Assembly: GCA_039026935.1 (NCBI GenBank)
Contig: JBCCLK010000003.1
Span: 61,478 to 125,477 of the forward strand
Source: Pseudomonadota bacterium
Lineage (GTDB): Bacteria > Pseudomonadota > Alphaproteobacteria > Rhizobiales > MH13
Reading direction: 5' to 3'
Length of the DNA stretch: 64,000 bases
The translations under genes and the position numbers were made by a program. This document shows positions 42,575 through 52,735 of this stretch, one piece after another. The notes under the pieces were generated by a model. It was given only the letters and a program-made list of their open reading frames with translations, ran no database searches and had not been told where the DNA came from. Position 1 is the stretch's first letter; the number at the start of each line of letters is the position of its first letter.

Positions 42575-43336
42575 CTAGTTTTCACATGCCGCCCAGCGGA
42601 TCATGTTCCCAAACAGGGTTTGGTACCCCGGCCATTCCACGAAGGGCGCAGGCAACCAATGCTCGCTCATGTCCGATGTCCAAGCAACGCTTCGGCCCTC
42701 GCCATGAGGCGAAGCGACCAGAAGCGGCAGACCATTTTGCGCCTCTGGAAGGCTCAAAATGGTCGTGTTGTTGGGCTTCAGCTTGACCTCGTTAACGCCC
42801 AGAAGATAGGGCCAATCATCGGGCACACCGGCCAGAATGGGATGGTCAGGCTGATCAACCACGGGCGTTGTACCCTCGGGAATTTCAAGGCGATCATCGG
42901 ATGACAAACAGGTCACTGGCAGAGCGCTCTCTACAGGCGTTTTGTGCCAACGGGCGCGGCCATCGATGCCCTGAAAGGAGAAGTATCCGCCGATCATAAT
43001 CAACCCACCCCCTGCGCGTGTCCACTCTTCGATGAGAGCAAGGCGGTTGGGTACGCGTTGACCCCGTAGCCAAACGTCGGGATGCAGCAAGAGGGTGTTG
43101 GCGCCAATGTCGGACAGCATGATCACGTCATAGGCATTGAGGCCCTCTATCGTTAGCGGGAACTCTTCAGCTGCATCATGCGCTGTCATATGGGTGACGT
43201 CGATGCCCGCAGCCGCCATCGCATTCAAAAAGGGCTTGGAGCCGGTGTGGAAGGTAACGCTTCCAAACTGATCGAACCCTTTGAAATGGGTCGCGGCGCT
43301 GACCCAGCTCTCTCCGACCAGCAAGACTCTAGGCAT
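42575..43336 (-). CDS. Class I glutamine-amidotransferase-like protein (DUF1355 type)
   Basis: LLVGESW, KGFDQF, LSDIGANTLL, GGYFSFQG. Confidence 0.82.
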   Translation of the reverse strand: MPRVLLVGESWVSAATHFKGFDQFGSVTFHTGSKPFLNAMAAAGIDVTHMTAHDAAEEFPLTIEGLNAYDVIMLSDIGANTLLLHPDVWLRGQRVPNRLALIEEWTRAGGGLIMIGGYFSFQGIDGRARWHKTPVESALPVTCLSSDDRLEIPEGTTPVVDQPDHPILAGVPDDWPYLLGVNEVKLKPNNTTILSLPEAQNGLPLLVASPHGEGRSVAWTSDMSEHWLPAPFVEWPGYQTLFGNMIRWAACEN

Positions 43337-43360
43337 CTGTTTGGCTCCTTTCTGGGTGCG

Positions 43361-44392
43361 CTAAGGCACAAGGCGTCGCAGCAGCGCGCGGCGTGGATTG
43401 TCCACGAACAGCTGGGTGAGTTGGTCGGCGGATACGCCCATGCGCGCCAGGCGCGGTAGGACAAAGCGGGACACATGCGCATAGCCGTTGCCGCCATAAC
43501 TGCACAGCATCATCTTCAAGAAGACGTCCTGAGAGAGCAGCAGCTGCGGGCCAAAGCCCCTTTCAAGGAGGCCAACAATCGCCCCGCAGGTCTGCTCATC
43601 ACTGGGGCATTGAACCTGTTGATCGTCATACCAGAACTCCATACCCATCATGTCGTATTCGAGGAATGCACCGCGCTCTGCCAGCGAGGTTTGGTAAGGC
43701 ACATCATTGAAACTTGGGTTCATGTGGCACAGGATGACGCGGTCCGACGGATGACCTTCCGCTTCGGCGAGATCGAGCACCTCATGGGCTAGCCGTTCCC
43801 ATCCAGGTAGATGAACCATTAACGGCAACCCGGTCTCGACTGCGGCCACAGCCGCACCACGTAAAGACTTGCGTTCTTCGCTTGTGAAATTTGCTGAAAC
43901 CCCGATCTCGCCGATCAGGCCGATACGGACCCCGGTGTCCCCAACGCCTTGGGTCGCTTCGGCCATTAGTTCCGCCGCAACATCCTCCGCGCTCATCGCC
44001 GCAAGGTGATTGGGGTGCGAGCTCTCAAGATAGTAGCCAGACCCCATAATGATGGTCAGGCCGCTCGCCCGCGCGATGCGCTGCAAAGCCTCTGGATTGC
44101 GTCCAATGCCTTGGCAGGTGGGGTCAACAATGGTTCGCCCGCCTTCGGCATGAAAGCGGCTTACTTCGGCTATGGCGAGTGGCTCGTCGTCCAGCGCGCA
44201 ATTGTGCCGGTTAGCGAAGGGGTCGTTTCGCAGTTGCCACAAAATATCGGGCGTCACGGGCACGTCGCGGATTGGAGACTGAAAGCTCGGATCACAACCC
44301 CGCCACCAACAAGTACAATCGTTGAGGATATGCTCGTGGATCAAGGTCGGGCCAAGTTTTTCCGCAGGCACAGGCCCGAGCACACTCATCAC
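43361..44392 (-). CDS. Phosphotriesterase-homology amidohydrolase
   Basis: TLIHEH, IGEIG, VHLP, LCHM, LLSQD; may start at CTG 44416. Confidence 0.9.
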   Translation of the reverse strand: MMSVLGPVPAEKLGPTLIHEHILNDCTCWWRGCDPSFQSPIRDVPVTPDILWQLRNDPFANRHNCALDDEPLAIAEVSRFHAEGGRTIVDPTCQGIGRNPEALQRIARASGLTIIMGSGYYLESSHPNHLAAMSAEDVAAELMAEATQGVGDTGVRIGLIGEIGVSANFTSEERKSLRGAAVAAVETGLPLMVHLPGWERLAHEVLDLAEAEGHPSDRVILCHMNPSFNDVPYQTSLAERGAFLEYDMMGMEFWYDDQQVQCPSDEQTCGAIVGLLERGFGPQLLLSQDVFLKMMLCSYGGNGYAHVSRFVLPRLARMGVSADQLTQLFVDNPRRALLRRLVP

Positions 44393-44412
44393 AACATCGG
44401 AATATGTGTGTG

Positions 44413-45051
44413 TCAGGTCACCCCCTTCGCCTCATACGGCGCGTCATGGAAGCGGATCTCAAGCATGGTCACAGTGTGAAAAACGTCGTTGAGACGGCTC
44501 AGATCCTCCGGTGCCGCGTAGCGGTCGATTGCGCGCTTCAGCCACAGCGCCTGCTCAGCAAATGCGTCGTCAACGTGTAGTGCTACCCACGCGGCCAAAT
44601 CCCTGTTGGATAAGGTCAACTTCGAGGCGCGCTGGCACCAGGTCCAATACATCCACTCAGCTGCGAACATCGCTGTTACGATCTCAAGGAATTCTCCGTT
44701 TTTGGCCAGCGTCAACATGCCTTGGTCAAAGGCGCGCGCGTTTTCCGGCAGGATCGCTGGCTGCTTGATGCCAAGGGTGGTGATGCGCTCTTCAAAATAA
44801 GGCACCTGCACGTTTGCAAGTGCATCCAAAACGCCAATCATCCAGCGTTTGGCGGCCATATCCGGTGCGCGTGCCGTCGCGAAACTGAAGATTGCGATGG
44901 CCGTCTCAACAAAAGCGCCCTCGTACGCCAGATACCGCTTAAACACCTCGTCAGGCAGGCGGTCGGTGCACACATCCTCAACAAAACGATGGGTCAGCAT
45001 TGCGTCCAGCACCGCATGGTTGCGCTCAAGGATCACGTCGGACAGGCTCAT
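44413..45051 (-). CDS. TenA family protein (Cys-less TenA_E type)
   Basis: HRFV, RYLAYEGAFV, AAEWMY, LEIRFHD. Confidence 0.85.
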   Translation of the reverse strand: MSLSDVILERNHAVLDAMLTHRFVEDVCTDRLPDEVFKRYLAYEGAFVETAIAIFSFATARAPDMAAKRWMIGVLDALANVQVPYFEERITTLGIKQPAILPENARAFDQGMLTLAKNGEFLEIVTAMFAAEWMYWTWCQRASKLTLSNRDLAAWVALHVDDAFAEQALWLKRAIDRYAAPEDLSRLNDVFHTVTMLEIRFHDAPYEAKGVT

Positions 45052-45896
45052 GCGGCTGGCTCAAGGGCGGGCCTGGCGGCAGCGACAAACCTGCCAACCC
45101 TCGCCGCTTCAACGGGGTTCCACCACACGCCACCTTCCTTGAGGCAGGATGCGACGATCACTGCGTCGGCGACGGAGAGAATCTCGCCGACATTGTCTGG
45201 GTTCACGCCAGAGCCTACAAGCACGGGCAGATGAGTTGCGCTGGCCACCTCCTTGAGCTCATCGAGGGTAGCGCTGTCGCCCGTTCGCTGGCCGGTTGCG
45301 ATCACCGCATCTGCATCGAAGAAGGCCAGATCGCGAGTGAGTTCAGCCACAGAGCGGTCGGCCATGATGGCGTGGCTGCCATGTTTCACATGCGCGTCAG
45401 CAAACACTCTGATCTGCTCGGCACGCAGCAGTGAACGGTAGCGCATCGCTTCTGCTGCCCGGCCCTCCATAAAGCCTTCGTTGGCGACATACGCGTTGGC
45501 CCATTGGTTGACCCGAATGAAGCCAGCACCCGCTGCGCAAGCCGTTGCGAACGCCTGGATCGGCGCGTTCGCCAACACGTTTATGCCAAGCGGGACATCG
45601 AAACGTTGGCGCACCCGGTCGGCAATCACAGCCAAGCATGCAGCGGTATGGGGGCCAATGTCGTCTGGCTTTGAAAAGGGGACGTCACCATGGTTCTCGA
45701 CGATCAGCCCATGCATGCCGCCAGATATCATGGCTTCTGCGTCGCGTAAGCAGGCGTCGATAATGGCCTGCATCTTCGTCCCACGATAGCGCGGCGCGCC
45801 GGGCAATGGTGGGCAGTGGATCATGCCGATTAGGGCTTTGGGCCGGCCGAAAAGCGCGTCAATCGCCCGACCATCACTGTTGGAAATCATCTGCAT
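45048..45896 (-). CDS. BtpA/SgcQ family TIM-barrel protein
   Basis: IGMIHCPPLPGAP, VENHGDVPF, HVKH, VGSGV. Confidence 0.9.
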   Translation of the reverse strand: MQMISNSDGRAIDALFGRPKALIGMIHCPPLPGAPRYRGTKMQAIIDACLRDAEAMISGGMHGLIVENHGDVPFSKPDDIGPHTAACLAVIADRVRQRFDVPLGINVLANAPIQAFATACAAGAGFIRVNQWANAYVANEGFMEGRAAEAMRYRSLLRAEQIRVFADAHVKHGSHAIMADRSVAELTRDLAFFDADAVIATGQRTGDSATLDELKEVASATHLPVLVGSGVNPDNVGEILSVADAVIVASCLKEGGVWWNPVEAARVGRFVAAARPALEPAA

Positions 45897-45903
45897 GGCA
45901 ACG

Positions 45904-46986
45904 CTATTGGTCGTTATGGGATTGTACCGGAACGCCCGGCCTGGATGGCGGGCTGGACGCCCCGTTGCCGGTCTCCCGTTCGTTCTTCACCTTGGATTTG
46001 AACGAGAAACTGGCGGTGAAGATGCGCGTGTTGAGCCAAATCGCGATGAGGATGATCGCGCCCGTCACAATCTGGGTAAAAAAGGGCGAGATGTGCATCA
46101 AGATAAGCCCGTTCCCGATAACAGCTATGGTGAGCGTACCGAGTACCGTCCCCAGTATCGAGCCGCGCCCTCCAAAGAGCGATGTACCGCCAAGGACAAC
46201 CGCAGCGATGACTTGCAACTCAAAACCGACAGCGGCGTTGGACGAGCCCGAGCCGAGCCGAGCGGCGATCAGGAGCCCCGCAATGGCGGACGCGACCCCG
46301 GTCAGTATGTACACGGATGTGATCATGCCCTTGGCTGGCATACCCACGCGCCGGGCCGCCTCGGGATTCGACCCAACCGCGATCACACGCCGACCGTAGA
46401 GATTGCGACTGAGGATAAGCCAGCCAAGCGCGGCGATGCTTAGTGCGATGATAGCGGGGATGGGAATCCCCATCAGCGTGCCCCGCCCGAGCGCAAAGAA
46501 ACCTGGCACATCGCTTATTGGAATAGAGAAACCCTGCGTCATGTACAGAGCCGCGCCCCGCAAGATCGATAGCCCAGCAAGGGTGACGATGAAGGCAGGG
46601 ATACCCTGATAAGCAACGAACCAGCCCTGGGCAAAGCCGATGGAGGCGCCGAACACCAGCATAGCTATCACCACAATCGGCCACGGGATGCCCATGGATA
46701 GGATGATCGCGGCAGCGGCATTCACGAGCGCAACCTGCGAGCCTACAGAAAGGTCGATGCCAGCTGTGATGATCACGAAGGTCATAGCCACCGCGACGAT
46801 AAGGATCGGGGCTGCCTGGCGCAGAACGTTCAGCAGGTTACGCGGCGTCAGGAAAACATCGGTCATCACCGAAAAGAAGATGACGCAAAGCAAAAAGAAA
46901 AACGCGATCGACAACACTTGCGCGTGCTCTGCGATGAAGTCCGCCAAAGCTGAACCTTCACCACGTTCAGTGTAGGTGACGCTCAC
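45904..46986 (-). CDS. Sugar ABC permease (RbsC-like)
   Basis: GIDLSVGS, IPAFIVTL, IAAVVLGGTSL. Confidence 0.94.
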   Translation of the reverse strand: MSVTYTERGEGSALADFIAEHAQVLSIAFFFLLCVIFFSVMTDVFLTPRNLLNVLRQAAPILIVAVAMTFVIITAGIDLSVGSQVALVNAAAAIILSMGIPWPIVVIAMLVFGASIGFAQGWFVAYQGIPAFIVTLAGLSILRGAALYMTQGFSIPISDVPGFFALGRGTLMGIPIPAIIALSIAALGWLILSRNLYGRRVIAVGSNPEAARRVGMPAKGMITSVYILTGVASAIAGLLIAARLGSGSSNAAVGFELQVIAAVVLGGTSLFGGRGSILGTVLGTLTIAVIGNGLILMHISPFFTQIVTGAIILIAIWLNTRIFTASFSFKSKVKNERETGNGASSPPSRPGVPVQSHNDQ

Positions 46987-47789
46987 AACGCCTCCCCTTT
47001 TCCAACGATCAGTCGGACAAGGTCTTCTAAATTGGTGTCAGCGATAGCACGCTCAGCGACTTTGGTGCCTTCATACATGACCGCGATTTTGTCGCAGACC
47101 TTGAACAGGTCCTGCAACCGATGGGTGATGAGTATGACAGCCACTCCGCGCGCCTTCACGCGATTGATCAGTCGAAGGACGGCTTCAACCTCAGCGACGG
47201 CGAGCGCGGACGTTGGTTCGTCCATAATCAAAATACGCGGTTCGAACGAGGCCGCTCGCGCAATGGCGATTGCCTGGCGTTGTCCACCTGAAAGTTGCGC
47301 GACTTTAGCGTTGAGCTTGGGAATGCGTATGTCGAGTGCATCGAGCATCGCTCGCGCATGGGTCTTCATCGATGCGCTATTCAGAAAAGACCAGCGCGTC
47401 TTCTCCCTGCCTAAGAACAAGTTACCCATCACATCGATATGGTCGCACAGGCTCAGGTCCTGGAACACCATCTCGATATTGCGCACGCGCGCATCAGAGG
47501 GGTTGGAGAAGCGTACCAACTCACCATCGACATGGATGGTTCCCTCATCGGCTATGTATGTGCCGGAGATGATCTTCGTAAGGGTCGATTTTCCCGCAGC
47601 GTTATCCCCAATGAGCCCAACACACTCACCTGGATGGATTTCCAGATCGACACCGCGTAGCGCTTCGATTGAGCCAAAGGTCTTTCGAATGCCGCGCAGC
47701 GCGATGCGCGGTGGCACGGTTGTCCCAACGGCGGAGCCGGAGGATGCGGAACCCTCCGGCTTGCTTACATCTGCTGACGAGGCGAGCAT
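46983..47789 (-). CDS. Sugar ABC ATP-binding protein (single domain)
   Basis: GDNAAGKST, LSGGQRQ, DEPT. Confidence 0.94.
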   Translation of the reverse strand: MLASSADVSKPEGSASSGSAVGTTVPPRIALRGIRKTFGSIEALRGVDLEIHPGECVGLIGDNAAGKSTLTKIISGTYIADEGTIHVDGELVRFSNPSDARVRNIEMVFQDLSLCDHIDVMGNLFLGREKTRWSFLNSASMKTHARAMLDALDIRIPKLNAKVAQLSGGQRQAIAIARAASFEPRILIMDEPTSALAVAEVEAVLRLINRVKARGVAVILITHRLQDLFKVCDKIAVMYEGTKVAERAIADTNLEDLVRLIVGKGEAL

Positions 47790-48724
47790 TACTCAAAAAT
47801 GCTACGGAAATCGTCAACATTGTCTGTGGTGACGATCGTGACCGGCACCGAAACACTGTCTTCGGTAGAGCCGCCGCCGGCCAGATCACCCAGGATCTCA
47901 ACTGCTGTTGCGCCCATCTGTGCGGGGTCCTGCTGAATCACAGCGACAATGTAACCTGCTTCAATGCCGCTGATAGCCTGCACTGTCAGATCCCAACCGA
48001 AGACCTTAACGTCATCTTGCACGCCTTGGCTTTCGACAGCAGCAATGGCTCCGAGGAGTGCCGGCTCACCCGTGGCATAGATCGCATCGAGGTCGGGGTT
48101 GGCAGTGATCAGGTTCTCGGCCGCCGCAAGTGCGATGTCCTGAACGTTCTGGCCGTCCACAACCGTCGACATTTCAACGCCGTCAGCGCCTTCGATGGTA
48201 TCAACAAAACCTGCCTGACGAATGTTCTGGATCGACGAGTTTAGTGCGCCCACGATCCCGACCTTGGCCGAGCCGCCCATTTCGGCAGCCATATACTCGA
48301 GGAAGAATTCGCCCATCATGGCTCCAGCAGAGGCATTATCGACGCCAACTTGAGCCGCATGCGGACCTTCGGGAAGCACTGCATCGACTGCGACGACGGG
48401 GATGCCTGCGTCCACCGCCTGCTCGACGGCTGGCATGATGCCATTGACGTCGATCGCAACGACGACGATCCCATCCACACCCTGCTCGATGTAGGTTTCG
48501 ATGGCGCTGTTCTGTGCCGCTGGATCGTTATTTGCATTGAAAATCACAAGCTCGTCGCCCATCGCGGCGGCGGCCTCGGTGGCCCCTTCGTTCATCTGGT
48601 TGAAGAACAGGGCTTGCTGGTTAATCTGGACCAAGGCGAAGGTCTCATCTGCAAGCGCTGGAGCGGTTGCAAGACCCAACGCAGCCGATGCTGCCAACAG
48701 GCTTGTTTTGAAATTTGCGATCAT
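47789..48724 (-). CDS. Sugar ABC substrate-binding protein (RbsB-like)
   Basis: Signal peptide; GIPVVAVD, VGVDN, VFGWD, QQDP. Confidence 0.92.
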   Translation of the reverse strand: MIANFKTSLLAASAALGLATAPALADETFALVQINQQALFFNQMNEGATEAAAAMGDELVIFNANNDPAAQNSAIETYIEQGVDGIVVVAIDVNGIMPAVEQAVDAGIPVVAVDAVLPEGPHAAQVGVDNASAGAMMGEFFLEYMAAEMGGSAKVGIVGALNSSIQNIRQAGFVDTIEGADGVEMSTVVDGQNVQDIALAAAENLITANPDLDAIYATGEPALLGAIAAVESQGVQDDVKVFGWDLTVQAISGIEAGYIVAVIQQDPAQMGATAVEILGDLAGGGSTEDSVSVPVTIVTTDNVDDFRSIFE

Positions 48725-48738
48725 TTTTGGTCTCCTTG

Positions 48739-49794
48739 TCAAGCCGAGGCTTCGGCTTTTTCGGGGGTTGCAGAGGGGTAAGCGGGTGGCGTGTTGACCG
48801 ACTGACGGTCGATCAGCCGAACAGGCAGGACTTCGCGGCTTGTCACAAAGTTGGGATCATCCCAATCGCCGTCGAAGAGCATCTCGATGGCCCGTCGGCC
48901 CATCGCGTCCACAGGCTGCTCGACAGCTGTTATGGCCGGGGCGAACAGGTGAAGGGATCGGACATTGTCAAAGCTGACCAGCGAGATGTCGTCCGGCACA
49001 CGGATGCCCCGGTCGTGGAACACTTCGATCACACCGACAGTCAGCTCGTCCGAACCAACGAACAGCGCGGTCTCACCGTCGCGCTCATTCAGAAACCGTT
49101 GTGCCAGTTCACGCCCGGACGCAGCTGCGTGTTCGGTAGCGTAGCTGCGCAAGGGCGTGTCCGAGGCCAGCCCGCGTTGCAGGCCCTGCAAGCGAGCGGA
49201 GGTGCTGACCAGGTCACCCCGGCCACCGATGTAAGCAACACGACTATGCCCTGCCTCCCTGAGGCATTTGCCAGCAAGAAAGCCGCCTTGTTCGTTGTCA
49301 CACAGGATATGCGGGGCCCGAACACCTTCCATGATTTCATCGAGAATGACCGCGCGTGAGAACCGGTTGATCATCTCTGCCATCTTTGCTGGCGGCATGT
49401 GGTTGGTCATGAACACCAGGCCATCGACAAGGTTGCGATGCGCGTTGTCGAGCGCTGCCATTTCGCGATCGGTTCGGTTCATGGTCGCGTGAAGGGTAAC
49501 CATCCTGCCACGCTCGGCCGCGCAAGCTTCAATAGCTGCCGCCATGCGCGAGAAGAATGGGTTGGCGATGTCTGGGATGATGAGAGCGATCGTATCGGAT
49601 CGTCCGAGGCTCAGTCGGCGCGCATGCGGGTTTGGCCGATAGTCAAGATCGGCAACGGCTCTGTCGATACGGCCACGGGTCTGGTCTGGAAGGTCGAGAA
49701 AACCGTTGAGGTAGCGCGACACGGTGGCCACCGAGACATCGGCGCGCTTAGCAACATCTTTCAAGCTATGCCGACTTCGTGACAATCGTAGCAT
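48739..49794 (-). CDS. LacI family regulator
   Basis: SLKDVAKRADVSVATVSRYLN, YRPN, VPDDISLVSFD. Confidence 0.95.
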   Translation of the reverse strand: MLRLSRSRHSLKDVAKRADVSVATVSRYLNGFLDLPDQTRGRIDRAVADLDYRPNPHARRLSLGRSDTIALIIPDIANPFFSRMAAAIEACAAERGRMVTLHATMNRTDREMAALDNAHRNLVDGLVFMTNHMPPAKMAEMINRFSRAVILDEIMEGVRAPHILCDNEQGGFLAGKCLREAGHSRVAYIGGRGDLVSTSARLQGLQRGLASDTPLRSYATEHAAASGRELAQRFLNERDGETALFVGSDELTVGVIEVFHDRGIRVPDDISLVSFDNVRSLHLFAPAITAVEQPVDAMGRRAIEMLFDGDWDDPNFVTSREVLPVRLIDRQSVNTPPAYPSATPEKAEASA

Positions 49795-49798
49795 CCCT

Positions 49799-49850
49799 TG
49801 TAAAACGGTTTAGTAAACGCATTTACACGTGCTATGGCAACAAATGTCAA
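49799..49850. promoter_or_regulatory. LacI-type operator candidates with a minus-strand -35 box
   Basis: TGTAAAACGGTTTAGTAAACGCATTTACA (two overlapping imperfect palindromes); TTGACA on the minus strand at 49850-49845. Confidence 0.6.
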
Positions 49851-49940
49851 CTCAATTACGTAAGACCAAGCTCCAAGAAGAAAGCGGCAGCGTGCACCGA
49901 GCTCACACTTTCCCAAACGATCCACGAAAGGTAACTCTCT

Positions 49941-50885
49941 ATGCGCGCCTATGTTATCGGCAACGCCGTCGTAGATGAGACCTATCTGGTGGGTTCCCTA
50001 CCGAAGGAGGGCGAGTCCATCCACGCCGTGCCACGCAGCCGGGACGTTGGCGGCAAGGGCGCGAACCAGGCGGTTGTGCTCGCGCGCGCAGGCGTCGATG
50101 TCACCCTCATTGCTGGCCTCGGTGAAGATGCGCGAGCGGAGACCGTTCGGGCGCGGTTGGCAAAGGAGCCGATGGATGTGCGGTTCGTAACGGTTCCGGG
50201 AGCTGCAACGGACATGTCTGTCGTGATGACCACATCGATCGGGGGCAATGCGATCATCACCACCAACGAGTGCGCGCAGACTTTGGATGCGCCCACGATT
50301 GTGCCAGTCTTAGAAGAGGCTGTTCCCGGCGACGTCATGGTGCTGCAGGGCAACCTCAGCGCGGCCACGACCATCCAGCTGTTCGACATTGCCGACAACA
50401 GGGGCATGCCGGTGATGTTCAATCCGTCGCCTGTTCAACCCGCTTTTGCCGACCTTCTGCGGCGTGCCGCCATGGTTTTTGTGAACGAGGCAGAAGCGGC
50501 CGCCTTTTGCATACCCGCACGAGGCTCAGCAGGCCAAAGCAAAGCTAGGACGGGTCCGATTATCGTCACAACCATGGGGGAACGCGGTGCAATGTTTGCG
50601 GGGCATTTTGAGGGTGCCTATGAGGTCAGCGTGCCCGCCAAAGCTTGCCCCGTCATCGACAGTACCGGAGCCGGCGACACGTTCCAAAGCGCAGTCCTTG
50701 CCGCGCTTATTCGTGTCGGTCGCATCTCGCCTTTGGTGGTCGACAATGGACTGCTGCGGTGGGCAGGTCAGGTGGGAGCTGCCGCTGCAGCCACGTCGAT
50801 ATCACGGCACGGCACCCTGAGCGCGTTACCTAAGACGGCCGAATTGAAGGCCTTACTCGATGTTGGGCCAACAACTGAGCACTGA
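49941..50885 (+). CDS. PfkB/ribokinase family sugar kinase
   Basis: GGKGANQA, NPSP, NEAE, DSTGAGDTF. Confidence 0.92.
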   Translation: MRAYVIGNAVVDETYLVGSLPKEGESIHAVPRSRDVGGKGANQAVVLARAGVDVTLIAGLGEDARAETVRARLAKEPMDVRFVTVPGAATDMSVVMTTSIGGNAIITTNECAQTLDAPTIVPVLEEAVPGDVMVLQGNLSAATTIQLFDIADNRGMPVMFNPSPVQPAFADLLRRAAMVFVNEAEAAAFCIPARGSAGQSKARTGPIIVTTMGERGAMFAGHFEGAYEVSVPAKACPVIDSTGAGDTFQSAVLAALIRVGRISPLVVDNGLLRWAGQVGAAAAATSISRHGTLSALPKTAELKALLDVGPTTEH

Positions 50886-51100
50886 ACCATGATCGCGCTG
50901 GATGTTTGACAGCGCAATGCTACGCGTGAGTTAGACGATTTGCGGAAGACAATTCCTGACGTAATAGCTGCCTTGTCGCCATAAGCAGACGTTATCGAAG
51001 AGGGTAGCGAATTGCAGCTTCGACTCGGCATGTTGGTCGCCGGCAATAAAAAAATCGCTCACGTCCTATGCTCGCCCAGCATGCTCATACTGCGCATCCC

Positions 51101-51985
51101 TCATCGAGCATCTTTGGGGATTGACCAGGGAAAAAAGAGGCGCTGGATAAGGCCGATAATGTTGAACAGCGTCAGCGACATCAGGACGAGAAAGCCAAGA
51201 CCGAGCCAAGCTTGCGGGAGCTTGAAGTTCGATGTTGAGAACTGAATGAAAAATCCTAGACCTAAAGACGAGGCGACAAACTCGGCGACCACTGCGCCGA
51301 TAACGGCGAGCGTGATAGAAATCTTTAACCCAGAAAAAATGTAGGGGATCGCATATGGAATACGGATCTGCGTGAACTCGCGCCATGCCGGAGCTTTCAG
51401 GCTTTGAGATAGTTCAATCAGCTCGCGCGGGGTCGCCATCATGCCCGTCGTCATCGACACAACGAGGGGGAAGAACGCGATCAAAAACGTGATCGTGACG
51501 CGGGGTGCATCGCCCGACCCAAGGATCACGATGATGATCGGCGCAACGGCGACCACTGGCGTTGATTGGATGACCACTAGGATTGGGTAGAGACAGGCAG
51601 ATACCACTTTTGAGCGTGTCAAAGCGATTGCGACAGGCAAGGCAATGGCAATCGAAACAAGATAACCAATGAGCGCGACCCGCAACGTCGCCCAAACATG
51701 GTCGAGCCAGCGCTCCGCACTGACCGCATCAATTGCACCACCGATGCGCGTTGGGGCGGGCAGGATAAAGCTTGGGATCGGGAAGATCCGAGTCGCCAGC
51801 TCCCAAATCACGAGCAAACCGATGATGGTCAATCCGGGCAACAGACCGGGCACAGCCATCATGCGCCGTATGAGCGAGAACTTCGCCGCTGAAGCGTTCG
51901 CGCTGCCGTGAGGTTTAGCGTCCTCTTGGGTCGCCTCAGGCAGCGCGTTTGAGGAGGAGGCTGCGGAGATATCCTGCAAACTCAT
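51101..51985 (-). CDS. NitT/TauT family ABC permease (start uncertain)
   Basis: ILPAP, QSTPVVAVAP, GAVVAEF. Confidence 0.9.
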   Translation of the reverse strand: MSLQDISAASSSNALPEATQEDAKPHGSANASAAKFSLIRRMMAVPGLLPGLTIIGLLVIWELATRIFPIPSFILPAPTRIGGAIDAVSAERWLDHVWATLRVALIGYLVSIAIALPVAIALTRSKVVSACLYPILVVIQSTPVVAVAPIIIVILGSGDAPRVTITFLIAFFPLVVSMTTGMMATPRELIELSQSLKAPAWREFTQIRIPYAIPYIFSGLKISITLAVIGAVVAEFVASSLGLGFFIQFSTSNFKLPQAWLGLGFLVLMSLTLFNIIGLIQRLFFPWSIPKDAR

Positions 51986-52709
51986 GCATCACCTTTGTGG
52001 TGGTGGTCTCAATAGTCCGGGGTCGTTCTAGCGGGACTGTTAAATCTTCAATGATTGTTCCAGGACGATCACTCATCACCAACACACGATCAGCCAAAAG
52101 CACTGCTTCGGAAATGGAATGCGTGATAAAAAGCACCGTTTTAGGGCGCTCTTGCCAGATGCGCAGAAGCTCAAATCCCATCTCTTCGCGGGTCAGCGCG
52201 TCGAGCGCAGAAAAGGGCTCATCCATCAGCAGAATGTCGGGGTCCATCAGGAGCGCCCGCGCAATCCCCACCCGCTGTTGCATGCCGCCGGAAAGCTCCT
52301 CAGGCAAGCGGGTCTCGAAGCCCTCAAGGCCAACCATCTTCACCAACGACACAGCGCGCTCACGATCCTCCCTGGAAACGAAACCGCCCCGGTGCTTCAA
52401 CGGGAAGAGAACATTATCAATCGTATTAGCCCACGGCAAAAGCGTCGGCTTTTGGAACACAATCCCGACATCGTCACGCGGCTCAACAACCGGGTAGTCG
52501 AACACTTTCACTTGGCCGCAGGTTGGCTTCAAAAGCCCCGATGTCAGCCGCAAAAGCGTAGACTTACCACAGCCAGACGGACCAAGAACGGCAACGAATT
52601 CGTGCCGTTCCACGGTCGTGTTGACCCCACGCAAAGCCTCCAGGGAACCAGTATCCGTTTCAAAGACCTGGCCAACGCTTTCAAAAGAAATCGCGCGGGG
52701 TTGTGTCAT
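51936..52709 (-). CDS. NitT/TauT family ABC ATP-binding protein
   Basis: GPSGCGKST, LSGGMQQR, DEPFSALD. Confidence 0.95.
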   Translation of the reverse strand: MTQPRAISFESVGQVFETDTGSLEALRGVNTTVERHEFVAVLGPSGCGKSTLLRLTSGLLKPTCGQVKVFDYPVVEPRDDVGIVFQKPTLLPWANTIDNVLFPLKHRGGFVSREDRERAVSLVKMVGLEGFETRLPEELSGGMQQRVGIARALLMDPDILLMDEPFSALDALTREEMGFELLRIWQERPKTVLFITHSISEAVLLADRVLVMSDRPGTIIEDLTVPLERPRTIETTTTKVMHEFAGYLRSLLLKRAA

Positions 52710-52735
52710 GCTAACTGCTTGAAACCCGACTGGCG

